The translations under genes and the position numbers were made by a program. Below, piece by piece: positions 1 to 8,952 of a DNA stretch of 54,925 nucleotides. The stretch's first letter is position 1, and each line of letters opens with the position of its first letter. The DNA is from an uncultured Gammaproteobacteria bacterium (GTDB lineage: Bacteria > Pseudomonadota > Gammaproteobacteria > CAWUKA01), in the NCBI GenBank assembly GCA_963922965.1, contig CAWUKA010000002.1, forward strand, positions 1 to 54,925, in the 5' to 3' direction. The notes beneath the pieces were generated by a model, which was not told where the DNA came from, made no database searches, and was given only the letters and a program-made list of their open reading frames with translations.

Positions 1-2541
1 GCCTATACCCGCACCGCCTGTACCCGCTGCGCCTGCACCCACACCGCCTGTACCTGCACCCACACCGCCTGTACCTGCACCCACACCGCCTGTACCTGCA
101 CCAGTACCAGCAGTACCTCGTGCATTGCGAACTTCAGCAGGGTAGCCATCCGGAACAGCGTCACCACCGTCTCCACCACCAGTGCCTGGATCTCCGTCCG
201 GTGGCGGCTGCTCCCCAGCGCCTGGTTTATTGAGTTCACGCTCCCATTGTGACTTTTTCGCTTCAGCAAGCTTTCTAGACGAATCCGCTGGCGTTACAGC
301 GCTGACACCTTCACCAACCGCTTTACCAGCTGCTTGCAAGCCTTGCTGAACTTGTTGCTCACCGCCGCGGCCAGAACCCATTTGCTCTTGACCACCAACC
401 CACTTCAAGACTTTATCTGGCACATCGTGAATAAGCTGAAAGCACATGGTAATCATCTGCTGCATAATCAAGACAAATAGAACCATAAAACCGATCTGAG
501 CAAAAATATTTGTCGGCATATTGCCAATTTGCTCGTATAAGCTAAATGCTGCGTAATTAAAACCTAAGGCCAGCAAGCGCATACCGGCAAAACTAAGCGC
601 CATCCCTGCCATCAGGCCAAACAACATCAAGCTTGGGCGTAAAAATACACTAGCAAGTAACATCACTGCCGGTGCCGCGCGACCGGCTAACTCATGACCC
701 TCAGGGTGAGCAATACCGAGCGCGACTAATGGTGCTGCCACCATCGACTCAATCACCCCCATCAACCAACCGAGTGAGCCAAAGAAAAACAACATGTATG
801 GAATAAATGGAATATAAAACCCCAGCGTAAAGCCAAGCCCGATGAAAGAAATAATCATTGCAGTTAGCATCGGGACGATAGCCAGTACGGCACTGATTGC
901 AGCATAACCACCAGGACTCAAAGCACCAACAGCACCAGCAAGACCAGCAATTAAAGCCAACAGGATACTCTTAGTCCACACCTCAAGCGCCGCACCGAAA
1001 AACATGCCGCCGATTTTTGCTAAGCTAGCGAGTGGATTAGCGTTCACACCTTTTTTCGGATCACTCAACTTTGCAATCTTATTTTTAATTTTAAATAGGT
1101 TATAAGCGATGATCACCATAATGACTGAAGTAAAATCAAATGGTATCGTGACTTTCTTTTGTAGCTTCCAAATCCCAACCTTCATTTTAGTCTTCGCGCT
1201 AGTGAAGCCACTACCAATCATGGCATCAACATTCTCATCGGCAATACCACCATCGAGTAAGGCTTTTGCTTGAGCTGCCAAGTCTTCATTATCGTTGCCA
1301 GCATCATTTTTTCCAACACCGGGCTTCTGACTGATAATACGGATATCACTCTTTTCGGTATCGGTTAACATCGTCAACTCTCCAGTAGTGCTGAATGCTG
1401 ATGATTGATCGTCATAACTTAAATTTACTGTTGGAATATCATTGTCCTGCAGGCCAACCCCACCCGTTTCGCGCAAATTCAAAATATCGTAAAAATAAGC
1501 GCCAGCCATAATCCAGCCCGATTCACGCGCACTATCGGTAAAGCCAGCGCAAGTCCCACCCGACGCCACCAAGCTGCCAGATGAATCTTCGTCGAGTGAA
1601 ACGCCGCATTTATCGGCTGCTTTGGCATTACGTAAATAACCGAGGTAATCCCTAGCACCAGCAACAATCGCAGATAGCAAACCACTATCTGCACTCGAAG
1701 AACCAGTAATATCAGAGCCACCATTCATCACGTAAGTGCGCGCATAAGACATGGTATTCAGCCACATCGCTTGAATGCCCTCATTGTAAACATTGCCATT
1801 ACTACTGGTCTGCGTATAGCCACCATTCACGTAACCACACACTGCCATAAATTCGTTATAAGTATTACCTGGAAATACTAAACCCTGCGGTGCAATCCAA
1901 GTACTACTGGTGCCATAGGTACCAGTTTGTTGGGAGGGGTAATACATCGGGTACATGACGCTACCAGCATAATCATCAGTTGCTGAAACTGCAATTTGTA
2001 GTGCTTCAGTACAGATCTGTAATTGAAAGATTTGCACTGAGGTGTCGATCAGCGCATCGAGGTCATCATCATTCTCAACCACAGCTGAAGACGCGCCACC
2101 CATCTCAAAATAAGTCAGCGCTGAATCCCAAATCATGTTTGCCGCCGCTACACCTTGTAACACCACCCACATGACAAAAATCTGAATTAATGAGTAACCC
2201 GAGGTATTCGGCAACAACATAGCCATCCCAGTAGCAGTTCGAAACGGGATATACATCGACGACCATTTGCGGCCAAGTACTTCACCATCATTCGCACTAT
2301 TTATGACAGACATAATAATGGTGTATGCGACCACCAAACCACCGAGTGCTAACACAGAAATGTTGTATGCGTAAAACATCTTACCCATTAACTGGCTACC
2401 CGAACTACTCAGTACGGTACCAACCGAACCAAAGATCATGCCCAACACTTCAGTCGAAATGTCAGACACATTGGTTGCAAACACAGTATCTGCAAACGCC
2501 GTTGGCACCACAACTAAAAGGAGTAGTGCAAGGTACTTCAT
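1..2541 (-). CDS. dotA: Dot/Icm T4BSS inner-membrane protein DotA, 3' end (C-terminus) runs off the left window edge
   Basis: The minus-strand frame is open from the ATG at 2541-2539 to position 1. It is absent from the ORF track because there is no stop in the window. My translation begins MKYLALLLLVVVPTAFADTVF..GSQLMGKMFYAYNISVLALGGLVVAYT..GRKWSSMYIPFRTATGMAMLLPNTSGYSLIQIFVMWVVLQGVAAANMIWD, which matches the conserved DotA N-terminal region as I recall it. There are several hydrophobic TM stretches. The start overlaps the icmV stop (TGATG), which is the icmV-dotA operon order known from Legionella. Confidence 0.9.
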   Translation of the reverse strand, partial: MKYLALLLLVVVPTAFADTVFATNVSDISTEVLGMIFGSVGTVLSSSGSQLMGKMFYAYNISVLALGGLVVAYTIIMSVINSANDGEVLGRKWSSMYIPFRTATGMAMLLPNTSGYSLIQIFVMWVVLQGVAAANMIWDSALTYFEMGGASSAVVENDDDLDALIDTSVQIFQLQICTEALQIAVSATDDYAGSVMYPMYYPSQQTGTYGTSSTWIAPQGLVFPGNTYNEFMAVCGYVNGGYTQTSSNGNVYNEGIQAMWLNTMSYARTYVMNGGSDITGSSSADSGLLSAIVAGARDYLGYLRNAKAADKCGVSLDEDSSGSLVASGGTCAGFTDSARESGWIMAGAYFYDILNLRETGGVGLQDNDIPTVNLSYDDQSSAFSTTGELTMLTDTEKSDIRIISQKPGVGKNDAGNDNEDLAAQAKALLDGGIADENVDAMIGSGFTSAKTKMKVGIWKLQKKVTIPFDFTSVIMVIIAYNLFKIKNKIAKLSDPKKGVNANPLASLAKIGGMFFGAALEVWTKSILLALIAGLAGAVGALSPGGYAAISAVLAIVPMLTAMIISFIGLGFTLGFYIPFIPYMLFFFGSLGWLMGVIESMVAAPLVALGIAHPEGHELAGRAAPAVMLLASVFLRPSLMLFGLMAGMALSFAGMRLLALGFNYAAFSLYEQIGNMPTNIFAQIGFMVLFVLIMQQMITMCFQLIHDVPDKVLKWVGGQEQMGSGRGGEQQVQQGLQAAGKAVGEGVSAVTPADSSRKLAEAKKSQWERELNKPGAGEQPPPDGDPGTGGGDGGDAVPDGYPAEVRNARGTAGTGAGTGGVGAGTGGVGAGTGGVGAGAAGTGGAGIG
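8..103. repeat. 21-bp tandem repeat inside the dotA 3' region: three perfect copies at 41-61, 62-82 and 83-103, plus degenerate copies at 8-40
   Basis: The unit ACACCGCCTGTACCTGCACCC is read directly from the sequence. In the dotA frame each unit encodes the heptad G-T-G-G-V-G-A. Confidence 0.9.
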
Positions 2542-3077
2542 CAAGACTGCGCCCCTTTATGTTGAAAACACCATTGCAGCCATTCACCCATACTACAGCC
2601 AAGGCGACGCTGCACGGTTTGAAAAAACCAAAAATGGAAACGAAACGCATTTGCCCACATCAAGCTCGAAACACCAGCACTCACCACTGCGGCAACCATA
2701 GCATCATGCAGGTAAGAGTAAATGGCATAAGCGATCATAAGGCAAGCAAATAGAATGAAGGTATAAGCCAAGCGACGAAAGGCGATTGCTTTATGTTGAA
2801 TATCTTGCTCAGACAAACTCAAACGGGCGACTGCTTCAGCAAAAGTTTCTTTACGACCAGCATCGCGACGCTTGAATAAAAAATAACCCAACTCACGAAT
2901 ATGACCCGCACCATCAGCAACCCGGTCGTAATCGGTCATTTTCCTGACACTAAAGTTTTTCTTCAGATAACGTCTAATCCGACCTGCCACAGGATAATTC
3001 CCCCTTGCTATTGCTACTCTGATTTCTTTTTTGTCATCACGCGCGTAGTCATGCGAGAATCTGGCCAGTTTACCCAT
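2541..3077 (-). CDS. icmV: Dot/Icm protein IcmV
   Basis: The 178-aa ORF lies directly upstream of, and overlaps, dotA. The C-terminal half has two hydrophobic segments and the motif FRFHFWFFQTVQRRLGCSMGEW, which resembles the IcmV FRYHFWYFQ..RKLGC motif as I recall it. It is divergent from icmW, as in Legionella and Coxiella. Confidence 0.85.
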   Translation of the reverse strand: MGKLARFSHDYARDDKKEIRVAIARGNYPVAGRIRRYLKKNFSVRKMTDYDRVADGAGHIRELGYFLFKRRDAGRKETFAEAVARLSLSEQDIQHKAIAFRRLAYTFILFACLMIAYAIYSYLHDAMVAAVVSAGVSSLMWANAFRFHFWFFQTVQRRLGCSMGEWLQWCFQHKGAQS

Positions 3078-3098
3078 TGTTACATTTTAAACACAAGT

Positions 3099-3126
3099 GT
3101 TAACTAATACTGAACTAATGTTAACT
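3099..3126. promoter_or_regulatory. Candidate transcription-factor site: GTTAACTAAT-ACTG-AACTAAT-GTTAACT, with AACTAAT direct repeats 11 bp apart and flanking GTTAACT repeats
   Basis: Read directly from the 131-bp icmV/icmW divergent intergenic region. The 11-bp phasing puts both repeats on the same helical face. Function is inferred only. Confidence 0.3.
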
Positions 3127-3142
3127 GAGTGATGCCAGCCGT

Positions 3143-3171
3143 TTGACAGCCCGAAAACGCTGTCTTAAAGT
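3143..3171 (+). promoter_or_regulatory. Candidate sigma70 promoter for icmW (TTGACA, 17-nt spacer, TAAAGT)
   Basis: A perfect -35 hexamer lies at 3143-3148 and a 4/6 -10 at 3166-3171, 38 nt upstream of the GTG start at 3209. There is no experimental support. Confidence 0.3.
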
Positions 3172-3208
3172 ATAACATATTGTAGTATTAACCTTTTGGG
3201 AATGCGTC

Positions 3209-3661
3209 GTGACTGATCTAAGTATAGAAGCCGTTCGTCAATTTTGGCTGGAATACAAAGATCCAATGATTCACCGTGTCGTTGACCTGATGGAATTGGT
3301 TGAACCATGGACACTCGATCAAGATGCCAACTTCGAACAAGCCGTGACGACACTCAGCAACAGCCTCACTGACATTGAAAATCTCGACCTCGGGCAACAA
3401 GATCCCATCATTGAAATCACCAACAATTTAAAAACTGGCCGCTCGTTACGCCTGCTGCAAGTCATCGACATTGCCAAACCCGGCACCGCTTCCAAACTTC
3501 TGGTCCACGCCGAAGAAACCACCAAGGCTGAAGACGATAGCCACGGTCTATTTTTACGCCGCAATATTGTGTTTGAACGACTTCGACTGTTATCTCGAGT
3601 GTTTTCACCGGATCGATTCAAGTTATTGATACGAGCTTTGGAGGGTGAAGAAAGTGATTAA
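3209..3661 (+). CDS. icmW: Dot/Icm adaptor/chaperone IcmW
   Basis: The 150-aa ORF has a GTG start. The sequence ..YWLEYKDPMIHRVVDLMELVEPWTLD..LRLLQVIDIAKPGTASKLLVHAEET..FLRRNIVFERLRLLSRVF closely resembles L. pneumophila IcmW as I recall it. Size and position also fit. Confidence 0.9.
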   Translation: MTDLSIEAVRQFWLEYKDPMIHRVVDLMELVEPWTLDQDANFEQAVTTLSNSLTDIENLDLGQQDPIIEITNNLKTGRSLRLLQVIDIAKPGTASKLLVHAEETTKAEDDSHGLFLRRNIVFERLRLLSRVFSPDRFKLLIRALEGEESD

Positions 3662-4106
3662 GCAACTGATGTGGTTAAGCACTGTCTTATTGGTAACACA
3701 AACTGCATTCGGGTTAACCACTCTAGAAAAACACCAGCGCTACATGAAGGCAGTGCAAAAGCGTAAAAAAGAAAGTGTTTCTACCACACTACAAAGTAGC
3801 TTTAATGCTTTCGACAAAAAAGATGAAGAAAACAGCGAGCAGCAAGTTAATTTCCCAGCGAATAATTCCAGTAATTCACAGCGGAATAGTGACTGGCAAA
3901 ATAACCAACGCCAAACTAACAATCAACCACAGCAAGATCCGGCAGCCTCACGCAGTTGGCTTGGGAATACCTACATCGAGCCTCCTAGCCAAAGCTTTGA
4001 CGAAGAATCGAACGATCAAAAGCAGCAGGACGAATTCAACGGTATTTTTGGCGGAGCAACAAAGAAAAAAGACGATCGCACCTCGCGCTCAGGAATCTCC
4101 TATTAA
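3645..4106 (+). CDS. Hypothetical secreted Q/N/S/D-rich protein encoded between icmW and icmX
   Basis: The 153-aa ORF has a GTG start preceded by GGAGGG and overlaps the icmW 3' end by 17 nt. It has an N-terminal signal peptide (MKKVIKQLMWLSTVLLVTQTAFG). The rest is polar and low-complexity. The alternative overlapping frame translates to K/R/T/I-rich sequence that looks non-coding. Confidence 0.6.
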   Translation: MKKVIKQLMWLSTVLLVTQTAFGLTTLEKHQRYMKAVQKRKKESVSTTLQSSFNAFDKKDEENSEQQVNFPANNSSNSQRNSDWQNNQRQTNNQPQQDPAASRSWLGNTYIEPPSQSFDEESNDQKQQDEFNGIFGGATKKKDDRTSRSGISY

Positions 4107-4128
4107 CCACAAACTAAGGAACAGCACC

Positions 4129-5286
4129 ATGCAACTCAATAAACTCCATATCGCGCTATGCTTATCGGCGTTACTCAGCTTCTCAACAGTAACCCTGGCA
4201 AGCACGACTGGTGATGATTGGGCCGACACACTTGACAGCCAAGACACCCCTTGCGATGACACCATCAGTTGTTTGCAAACATTAGCAACTATGACATTGG
4301 GTTGGTACAAGTATAGGATCGACGAAGACTATGCTACCCTCGATGAGAGCTCAGCAAGCGCTAGCATTATCAACCCGGTCTTACATCGTGATTTGCGCAA
4401 TGCAACTGTTAGTGAAGCAAAAAAATATACTGACAACACGATCAAGCGCTTACTATTACGTACTACTGCTGATCGAACAGCCGATGCCGATGAAATCTCA
4501 GCTTACTCCGGCAGTGATACTGCGGTAGTCAACGGCAAGAATTCAAGTAATGACTGTGGTGTATTGCTTGATAGCGATGGTAACTACCTGACTGACTGGG
4601 ACTCAACAAATGCCAAAATCAGTTGTTCGGGCAATGAAAATTATGACTACGGTTCAATCATAAATCCAACAGTTTACTCATCTGAACAAGAGGCTGAAAC
4701 CGCGCGTCACGCTTTTAAACTAATCTTCGGTTTTAGCAATATGGCTGTTCATTATAAAAATTGGGACAGCGAAACTGTCGATGCATTAAAAAATAACGCG
4801 AGCTCGCCAGATTTGCGCGATTATTCAGTTGCATTTCGTAACTACGTCACTGCCTTATCACCGGTAATCAGCTATTACAGCCAACTGATGGCGGAACGCA
4901 CACCCATCGGCGGCTTAATCAGCAACCCAGACGATGCCGGCGATATCTATGTACCCGAAGATCACGCCTCATCATTCAAATATTATAGCGAAGGTAAAGC
5001 GAGCCCACTCGAGTTTGAAGAGTATGTTGCTACCCGCCGCACCCGCTATTCCGACTGGTACTTTAAGATCGCTGAGGCACCACTTGGTGCAGTTGCCCGC
5101 GAGATGGCCTATGAGCTTGCTGAGCTACAAGCGCAGATGTATCTAGTGCAACGTGCGGTCAAAGACATGACGGCGCAGCTGTCACTCATTACACTGAACG
5201 GTATTTCACAAAATGCTGGTACCGCAGTCGATTCGGCACAAGAAACTGCGTTTAAGATTGTTTACCCAGATTCAGTCGATCTCTAG
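4129..5286 (+). CDS. icmX: Dot/Icm periplasmic protein IcmX (start trimmed from the track ORF 3775..5286)
   Basis: The ATG at 4129 is preceded by AAGGA and followed by a signal peptide (MQLNKLHIALCLSALLSFSTVTLAS). Its position downstream of icmW matches the icmW-icmX operon. I cannot recall enough of the IcmX sequence to confirm by motif, so the call rests mainly on synteny. Confidence 0.7.
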   Translation: MQLNKLHIALCLSALLSFSTVTLASTTGDDWADTLDSQDTPCDDTISCLQTLATMTLGWYKYRIDEDYATLDESSASASIINPVLHRDLRNATVSEAKKYTDNTIKRLLLRTTADRTADADEISAYSGSDTAVVNGKNSSNDCGVLLDSDGNYLTDWDSTNAKISCSGNENYDYGSIINPTVYSSEQEAETARHAFKLIFGFSNMAVHYKNWDSETVDALKNNASSPDLRDYSVAFRNYVTALSPVISYYSQLMAERTPIGGLISNPDDAGDIYVPEDHASSFKYYSEGKASPLEFEEYVATRRTRYSDWYFKIAEAPLGAVAREMAYELAELQAQMYLVQRAVKDMTAQLSLITLNGISQNAGTAVDSAQETAFKIVYPDSVDL

Positions 5287-5295
5287 CAGAATAAC

Positions 5296-5322
5296 CCGCG
5301 TCTGGTGTTGAGCCAGGCGCGG
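5296..5322. terminator. GC-rich hairpin between convergent icmX and rfaD (CCGCGTCTGG, 7-nt loop, CCAGGCGCGG), without a clear U-tract
   Basis: The 10-bp stem has one G-T pair and starts 10 nt after the icmX stop. This is read from the sequence. Confidence 0.3.
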
Positions 5323-5503
5323 CATCTCACCCTGATACTCTAAGCAGATGTTTTTATTGATTATTTGTCCTGCTAATATCAAACACTAAGCTATCCAGTC
5401 AACCTATTAGTTGAACAAAAATTCAAAAAACTGACATTTCATTCAAGCAATAATGATACTGCTATTTGAACAATAACTGCAGGTGCACAACGGTAGATAT
5501 CAT

Positions 5504-6445
5504 CTAAGCATTAACCTGATCAAGATAAGCTTTGACACCCTGCTCAACCGAATAAAATTCGTGGTCGCAACCAACTGCACGCAACGCGTTCATATTGGCT
5601 TCGGTAAAACTCTGATAACGGCCACGCAAATGATCTGGGAATGGAACATAAACCAACTCACCACGACCATACCAATTTAATACGGCATGCGCGACATCGT
5701 TAAACGTTTGGCTACGCCCGGTACCTAAGTTAAAAATACCTGAAACATGCTGCCGCTGAAACAACCAAGCATTGACGTTAGCAACATCATCGATGTAAAT
5801 AAAATCGCGTCGCTGCTCACCATCAGCATAACCGTCACAACCTGCAAACAGCTTGATAATGCCATTTTCCTGCATTTGGTTATTAAGATGAAATGCGACA
5901 CTTGCCATTGATCCTTTGTGCTGCTCACCCGGACCATACACATTAAAATAACGCAAGCCGACAATTTGACTACCTGCTTCTGGTAAGACACGACGGACTA
6001 GTTGATCGAATAAAAATTTTGAATAGCCATAAACGTTCAGTGGCGCTTCATATTCGCTTTGCTCTTTAAAAATTTGACCGCTACCGTAAACGGCAGCACT
6101 TGACGCATACAAAAATGGAATCTTTTGCTCGAGACAAAAATATAATAATGTTTTGGAATACTCATAGTTGTTATTCATCATGTATTGACCATCCCACTCC
6201 GTGGTAGTGGAGCAAGCACCTTGATGAAAGATCGCATCGATGGGCTGAGCCAACTGATCTTGCTTGATAAGTACAAGAAAATTATCCTTATCGATGTAAT
6301 CCAGTAACTCTAAATCAACCAAGTTAACAAATTTAGTTCCGTCTTTTAGATCATCAACTGCAAGGATATCAGTGCGACCCTGCTGGTTCAGCCGTTTGAC
6401 AATATTACTGCCGATGAAGCCAGCCGCACCTGTGACAACAATCAT
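5504..6445 (-). CDS. hldD: ADP-L-glycero-D-manno-heptose 6-epimerase
   Basis: The 313-aa ORF has an N-terminal Rossmann motif ([14 protein letters not shown]) and is collinear with RfaD/HldD along its full length. It overlaps hldE by 4 nt. Confidence 0.95.
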   Translation of the reverse strand: MIVVTGAAGFIGSNIVKRLNQQGRTDILAVDDLKDGTKFVNLVDLELLDYIDKDNFLVLIKQDQLAQPIDAIFHQGACSTTTEWDGQYMMNNNYEYSKTLLYFCLEQKIPFLYASSAAVYGSGQIFKEQSEYEAPLNVYGYSKFLFDQLVRRVLPEAGSQIVGLRYFNVYGPGEQHKGSMASVAFHLNNQMQENGIIKLFAGCDGYADGEQRRDFIYIDDVANVNAWLFQRQHVSGIFNLGTGRSQTFNDVAHAVLNWYGRGELVYVPFPDHLRGRYQSFTEANMNALRAVGCDHEFYSVEQGVKAYLDQVNA

Positions 6446-7884
6446 GTGCTGACCTCCGTCAATTTTTCAAGTAAACGAGTAGTTGAAAAGCCTGGGACAA
6501 AATCGAGAATTTTAACTTCCCCACCCTGCTGTAACACGCAGTCTGCACCAGCAATTTGTTCAATCGTGTAATCACCACCTTTCACTAGAATGTCGGGTAA
6601 AACTGCGCATATCAACTGCTTTGGGGTATCTTCTGTAAAAGCCACCACCCAATCCACCGCAGCTAAAGCTGCCAGCATAGTCATTCGCGCGTGTAGCGCA
6701 TTGATGGGGCGACTTGAACCCTTTAAACGCGCAACAGAAGCATCATCATTGACTGCTACAATCAGAACATCGCCTAGCGCCTTTGCTTGCTGCAAATAGT
6801 GGATATGACCAACATGCAAGATATCAAAACAACCATTGGTCATTACAATACGTTTGCCTACCTGTCTAGCTGCATCAGCAATCGCAACAGCATCAGTCAG
6901 TGTTGCCAAGTGCTTGTTATGTGTAGCCTCGGTTTTTAAAGCTCGGCGGAGTTCAGCTACTGAGACCGTTGCTGCACCTAGCTTAGTCACTGTCACGCTT
7001 GCACCTGCATTAGCGATATGAATCGCTTCAGTGAACGATTTGCCTGCCGCCAAGCTAAGTGTGAGCAACGCAATAACGGTATCACCAGCACCGGTGACAT
7101 CATAAACTTCACGCGTAATCGCTGACACTGAAACTGCTGCTTGCTCACGCACTAGCAAGGTCATTCCTTGCTTACCACGTGTGATCAACAAGGCAGCTAG
7201 CGCATGCGCCGACATCAGCGCCTGACCTTTTTCGACCAGCACCGCTTCGCTCCGACATTCACCAACTGCTGCTTCAAATTCACTGCGATTTGGTGTCACC
7301 ACTGTGGCACCGCAATAATGAGAAAAATCAGTGTGTTTGGGATCAACCAAGATTGGAATCTGCTTGGCATTAGCTAGCTCAATTAACCGCTGGCAGTGTA
7401 TCAAAGTACCTTTGCCATAATCAGAAAGAATAACAGCATCAGCATACTCAAGTTGCTGAGCATAATCTTGTAGCAACTGCTCAGTATCAATTGGCAACGC
7501 TCCATCTTCAAAATCAAGCCGAATCAATTGTTGATCGCGGCTCATAACTCTTAACTTTGTGATAGTCGCGGCAGCAGATAAACGTTGCAATTTTAACTGA
7601 ATACCAGCAGCTAGCAGACAAGACTGTAAAACATCACCGGCGGTGTCATCCCCAATCGCCCCCATCAGCGTCACATTCGCACCCAACGCAACCAAATTTA
7701 GAGCAACATTACCAGCACCACCAGGACGCTCGTGCCGATCACCCACCCGCACCACAGGTACCGGCGCCTCGGGTGAAATACGGGAAGTAGCACCATCCCA
7801 ATAGCGATCCAACATCACATCGCCGACCACTAAAATACGCCGATCACTGAATGATGGTAATTCTGTTTCCACATCAAGCCTCAC
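6442..7884 (-). CDS. hldE: Bifunctional D-beta-D-heptose 7-phosphate kinase / heptose 1-phosphate adenylyltransferase
   Basis: The 480-aa ORF has an N-terminal ribokinase-like domain ([20 protein letters not shown]) and a C-terminal cytidylyltransferase domain ([12 protein letters not shown]). Confidence 0.95.
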   Translation of the reverse strand: MRLDVETELPSFSDRRILVVGDVMLDRYWDGATSRISPEAPVPVVRVGDRHERPGGAGNVALNLVALGANVTLMGAIGDDTAGDVLQSCLLAAGIQLKLQRLSAAATITKLRVMSRDQQLIRLDFEDGALPIDTEQLLQDYAQQLEYADAVILSDYGKGTLIHCQRLIELANAKQIPILVDPKHTDFSHYCGATVVTPNRSEFEAAVGECRSEAVLVEKGQALMSAHALAALLITRGKQGMTLLVREQAAVSVSAITREVYDVTGAGDTVIALLTLSLAAGKSFTEAIHIANAGASVTVTKLGAATVSVAELRRALKTEATHNKHLATLTDAVAIADAARQVGKRIVMTNGCFDILHVGHIHYLQQAKALGDVLIVAVNDDASVARLKGSSRPINALHARMTMLAALAAVDWVVAFTEDTPKQLICAVLPDILVKGGDYTIEQIAGADCVLQQGGEVKILDFVPGFSTTRLLEKLTEVST

Positions 7885-8052
7885 TTTCGTTCAAATAATA
7901 GGTAGCACTCTTCAAAGTTTTGCATCATAGCATACCTTCAAATCGGTGGGTGTATTTGCGCGCAATCTAGCACTCGCTATCCTGAACAACTACAAAATAC
8001 AACCAAACTGAGCTAATATGGTGCAATACATATCGACATAGGTGGTTATAAA

Positions 8053-8952
8053 TTGGTTGGTTACACGGTTAGACATTTCGGCACCAAATTGCTATGTGCG
8101 ACACTTTGGCCACTGAGCCAATTACCGTATCGATTGCAATGGCGTATCGGCCAACTAGTTGGCTTGATCATGTTCAAGCTTGCTAAAAAACGGCGTTTAA
8201 TTACTACAATTAATCTTCGACAGTGCTTCCCCAAGCTAAGCGAAGCAGAACACCATAAACTTGTGCGAGAAACCTTTCTAGCAGTTGGTATCTCCCTGAT
8301 TGAAACTGTGATGGCGTTTTGGACCAGCGATAAAAAGCTCAAACCACTGGTAGAGATTGAAGGCGCTGAACACTTGACCGCAAACCTTGCCAAAGGTCGC
8401 GGTATCTTGCTGGTTGGCTTTCACTTCTCAATGCTTGAACTTGCAGGACGGTTCTTTAACTTATTAGATATTCCCTACGACATGGTTTATCGACCCCACA
8501 AAAATTTATTCATTGATGCTACCTTGCGGAAAAGTCGTGAGCGTGGTGACAACAAAACAATACCGCGCAAGCACATTCGTACTTTACTAAAGCAACTAAA
8601 AGCCAATCGACCGGTTTGGTACGCACCCGATCAAGACTACGGCCGTGACAATAGTATTTTTGTGCCCTTCTTCGGTGTTGATGCTGCAACGATCCCAATG
8701 ACTAGCCGGTTAGCAAAAATTAGCGGCGCGCCAGTTATGATCATGACTTACTATCGCAAACCGAATGCAGCAGGCTATCAAGTATGCTTTTCGCCAGCAC
8801 TAAGCAACTTTCCCTCAGAGGACGAACAAGTAGACACAATAAGGCTAAATCAGATTCTTGAGCAAGCAATTAAAAGAGCGCCTGAACAATATCTTTGGCT
8901 ACATCGGCGCTTCAAAACCAGACCAGAGGGAGAAACTAGCTTCTATGAATAG
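8053..8952 (+). CDS. lpxL: Lipid A biosynthesis late (lauroyl/myristoyl) acyltransferase, LpxL/HtrB family
   Basis: The 299-aa ORF has an N-terminal membrane anchor and the family-typical sequences NLRQCFP and GFHFSMLELAG. It is divergent from hldE. Confidence 0.85.
   Translation: MVGYTVRHFGTKLLCATLWPLSQLPYRLQWRIGQLVGLIMFKLAKKRRLITTINLRQCFPKLSEAEHHKLVRETFLAVGISLIETVMAFWTSDKKLKPLVEIEGAEHLTANLAKGRGILLVGFHFSMLELAGRFFNLLDIPYDMVYRPHKNLFIDATLRKSRERGDNKTIPRKHIRTLLKQLKANRPVWYAPDQDYGRDNSIFVPFFGVDAATIPMTSRLAKISGAPVMIMTYYRKPNAAGYQVCFSPALSNFPSEDEQVDTIRLNQILEQAIKRAPEQYLWLHRRFKTRPEGETSFYE

Noticed and set aside
3-269. An 88-aa minus-strand ORF with a striking VQVQAVW repeat.
   Set aside because: It is the 21-bp tandem repeat read in a frame other than the long open dotA frame. 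The dotA frame is continuous for 2.5 kb and has clear homology, so this ORF is a shadow.
1479-2753. Several 60-140-aa ORFs on both strands (1479..1724, 1980..2174, 2325..2753, 2438..2701, 2462..2650).
   Set aside because: All lie inside or antisense to dotA/icmV. Their translations are low-complexity or biased, with no recognisable motifs. They are typical shadow ORFs.
3775-4128. The upstream 118 codons of the 503-aa track ORF that contains icmX.
   Set aside because: The extension overlaps the better-supported 3645..4106 ORF in another frame and translates to K/R/T/I-rich sequence. The ATG at 4129 has an RBS and is followed by a signal peptide.
5450-5466. A Fur-box-like sequence, ATAATGATACTGCTATT.
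   Set aside because: Only about 12 of 17 positions match the Fur consensus, and it lies between two convergent gene ends where no promoter is expected.
8858-8944. The longer N-terminal extension of the GT2 ORF (track start 8858).
   Set aside because: The extension lies wholly inside lpxL in another frame. The conserved GT2 N-terminus begins right after the ATG at 8945.
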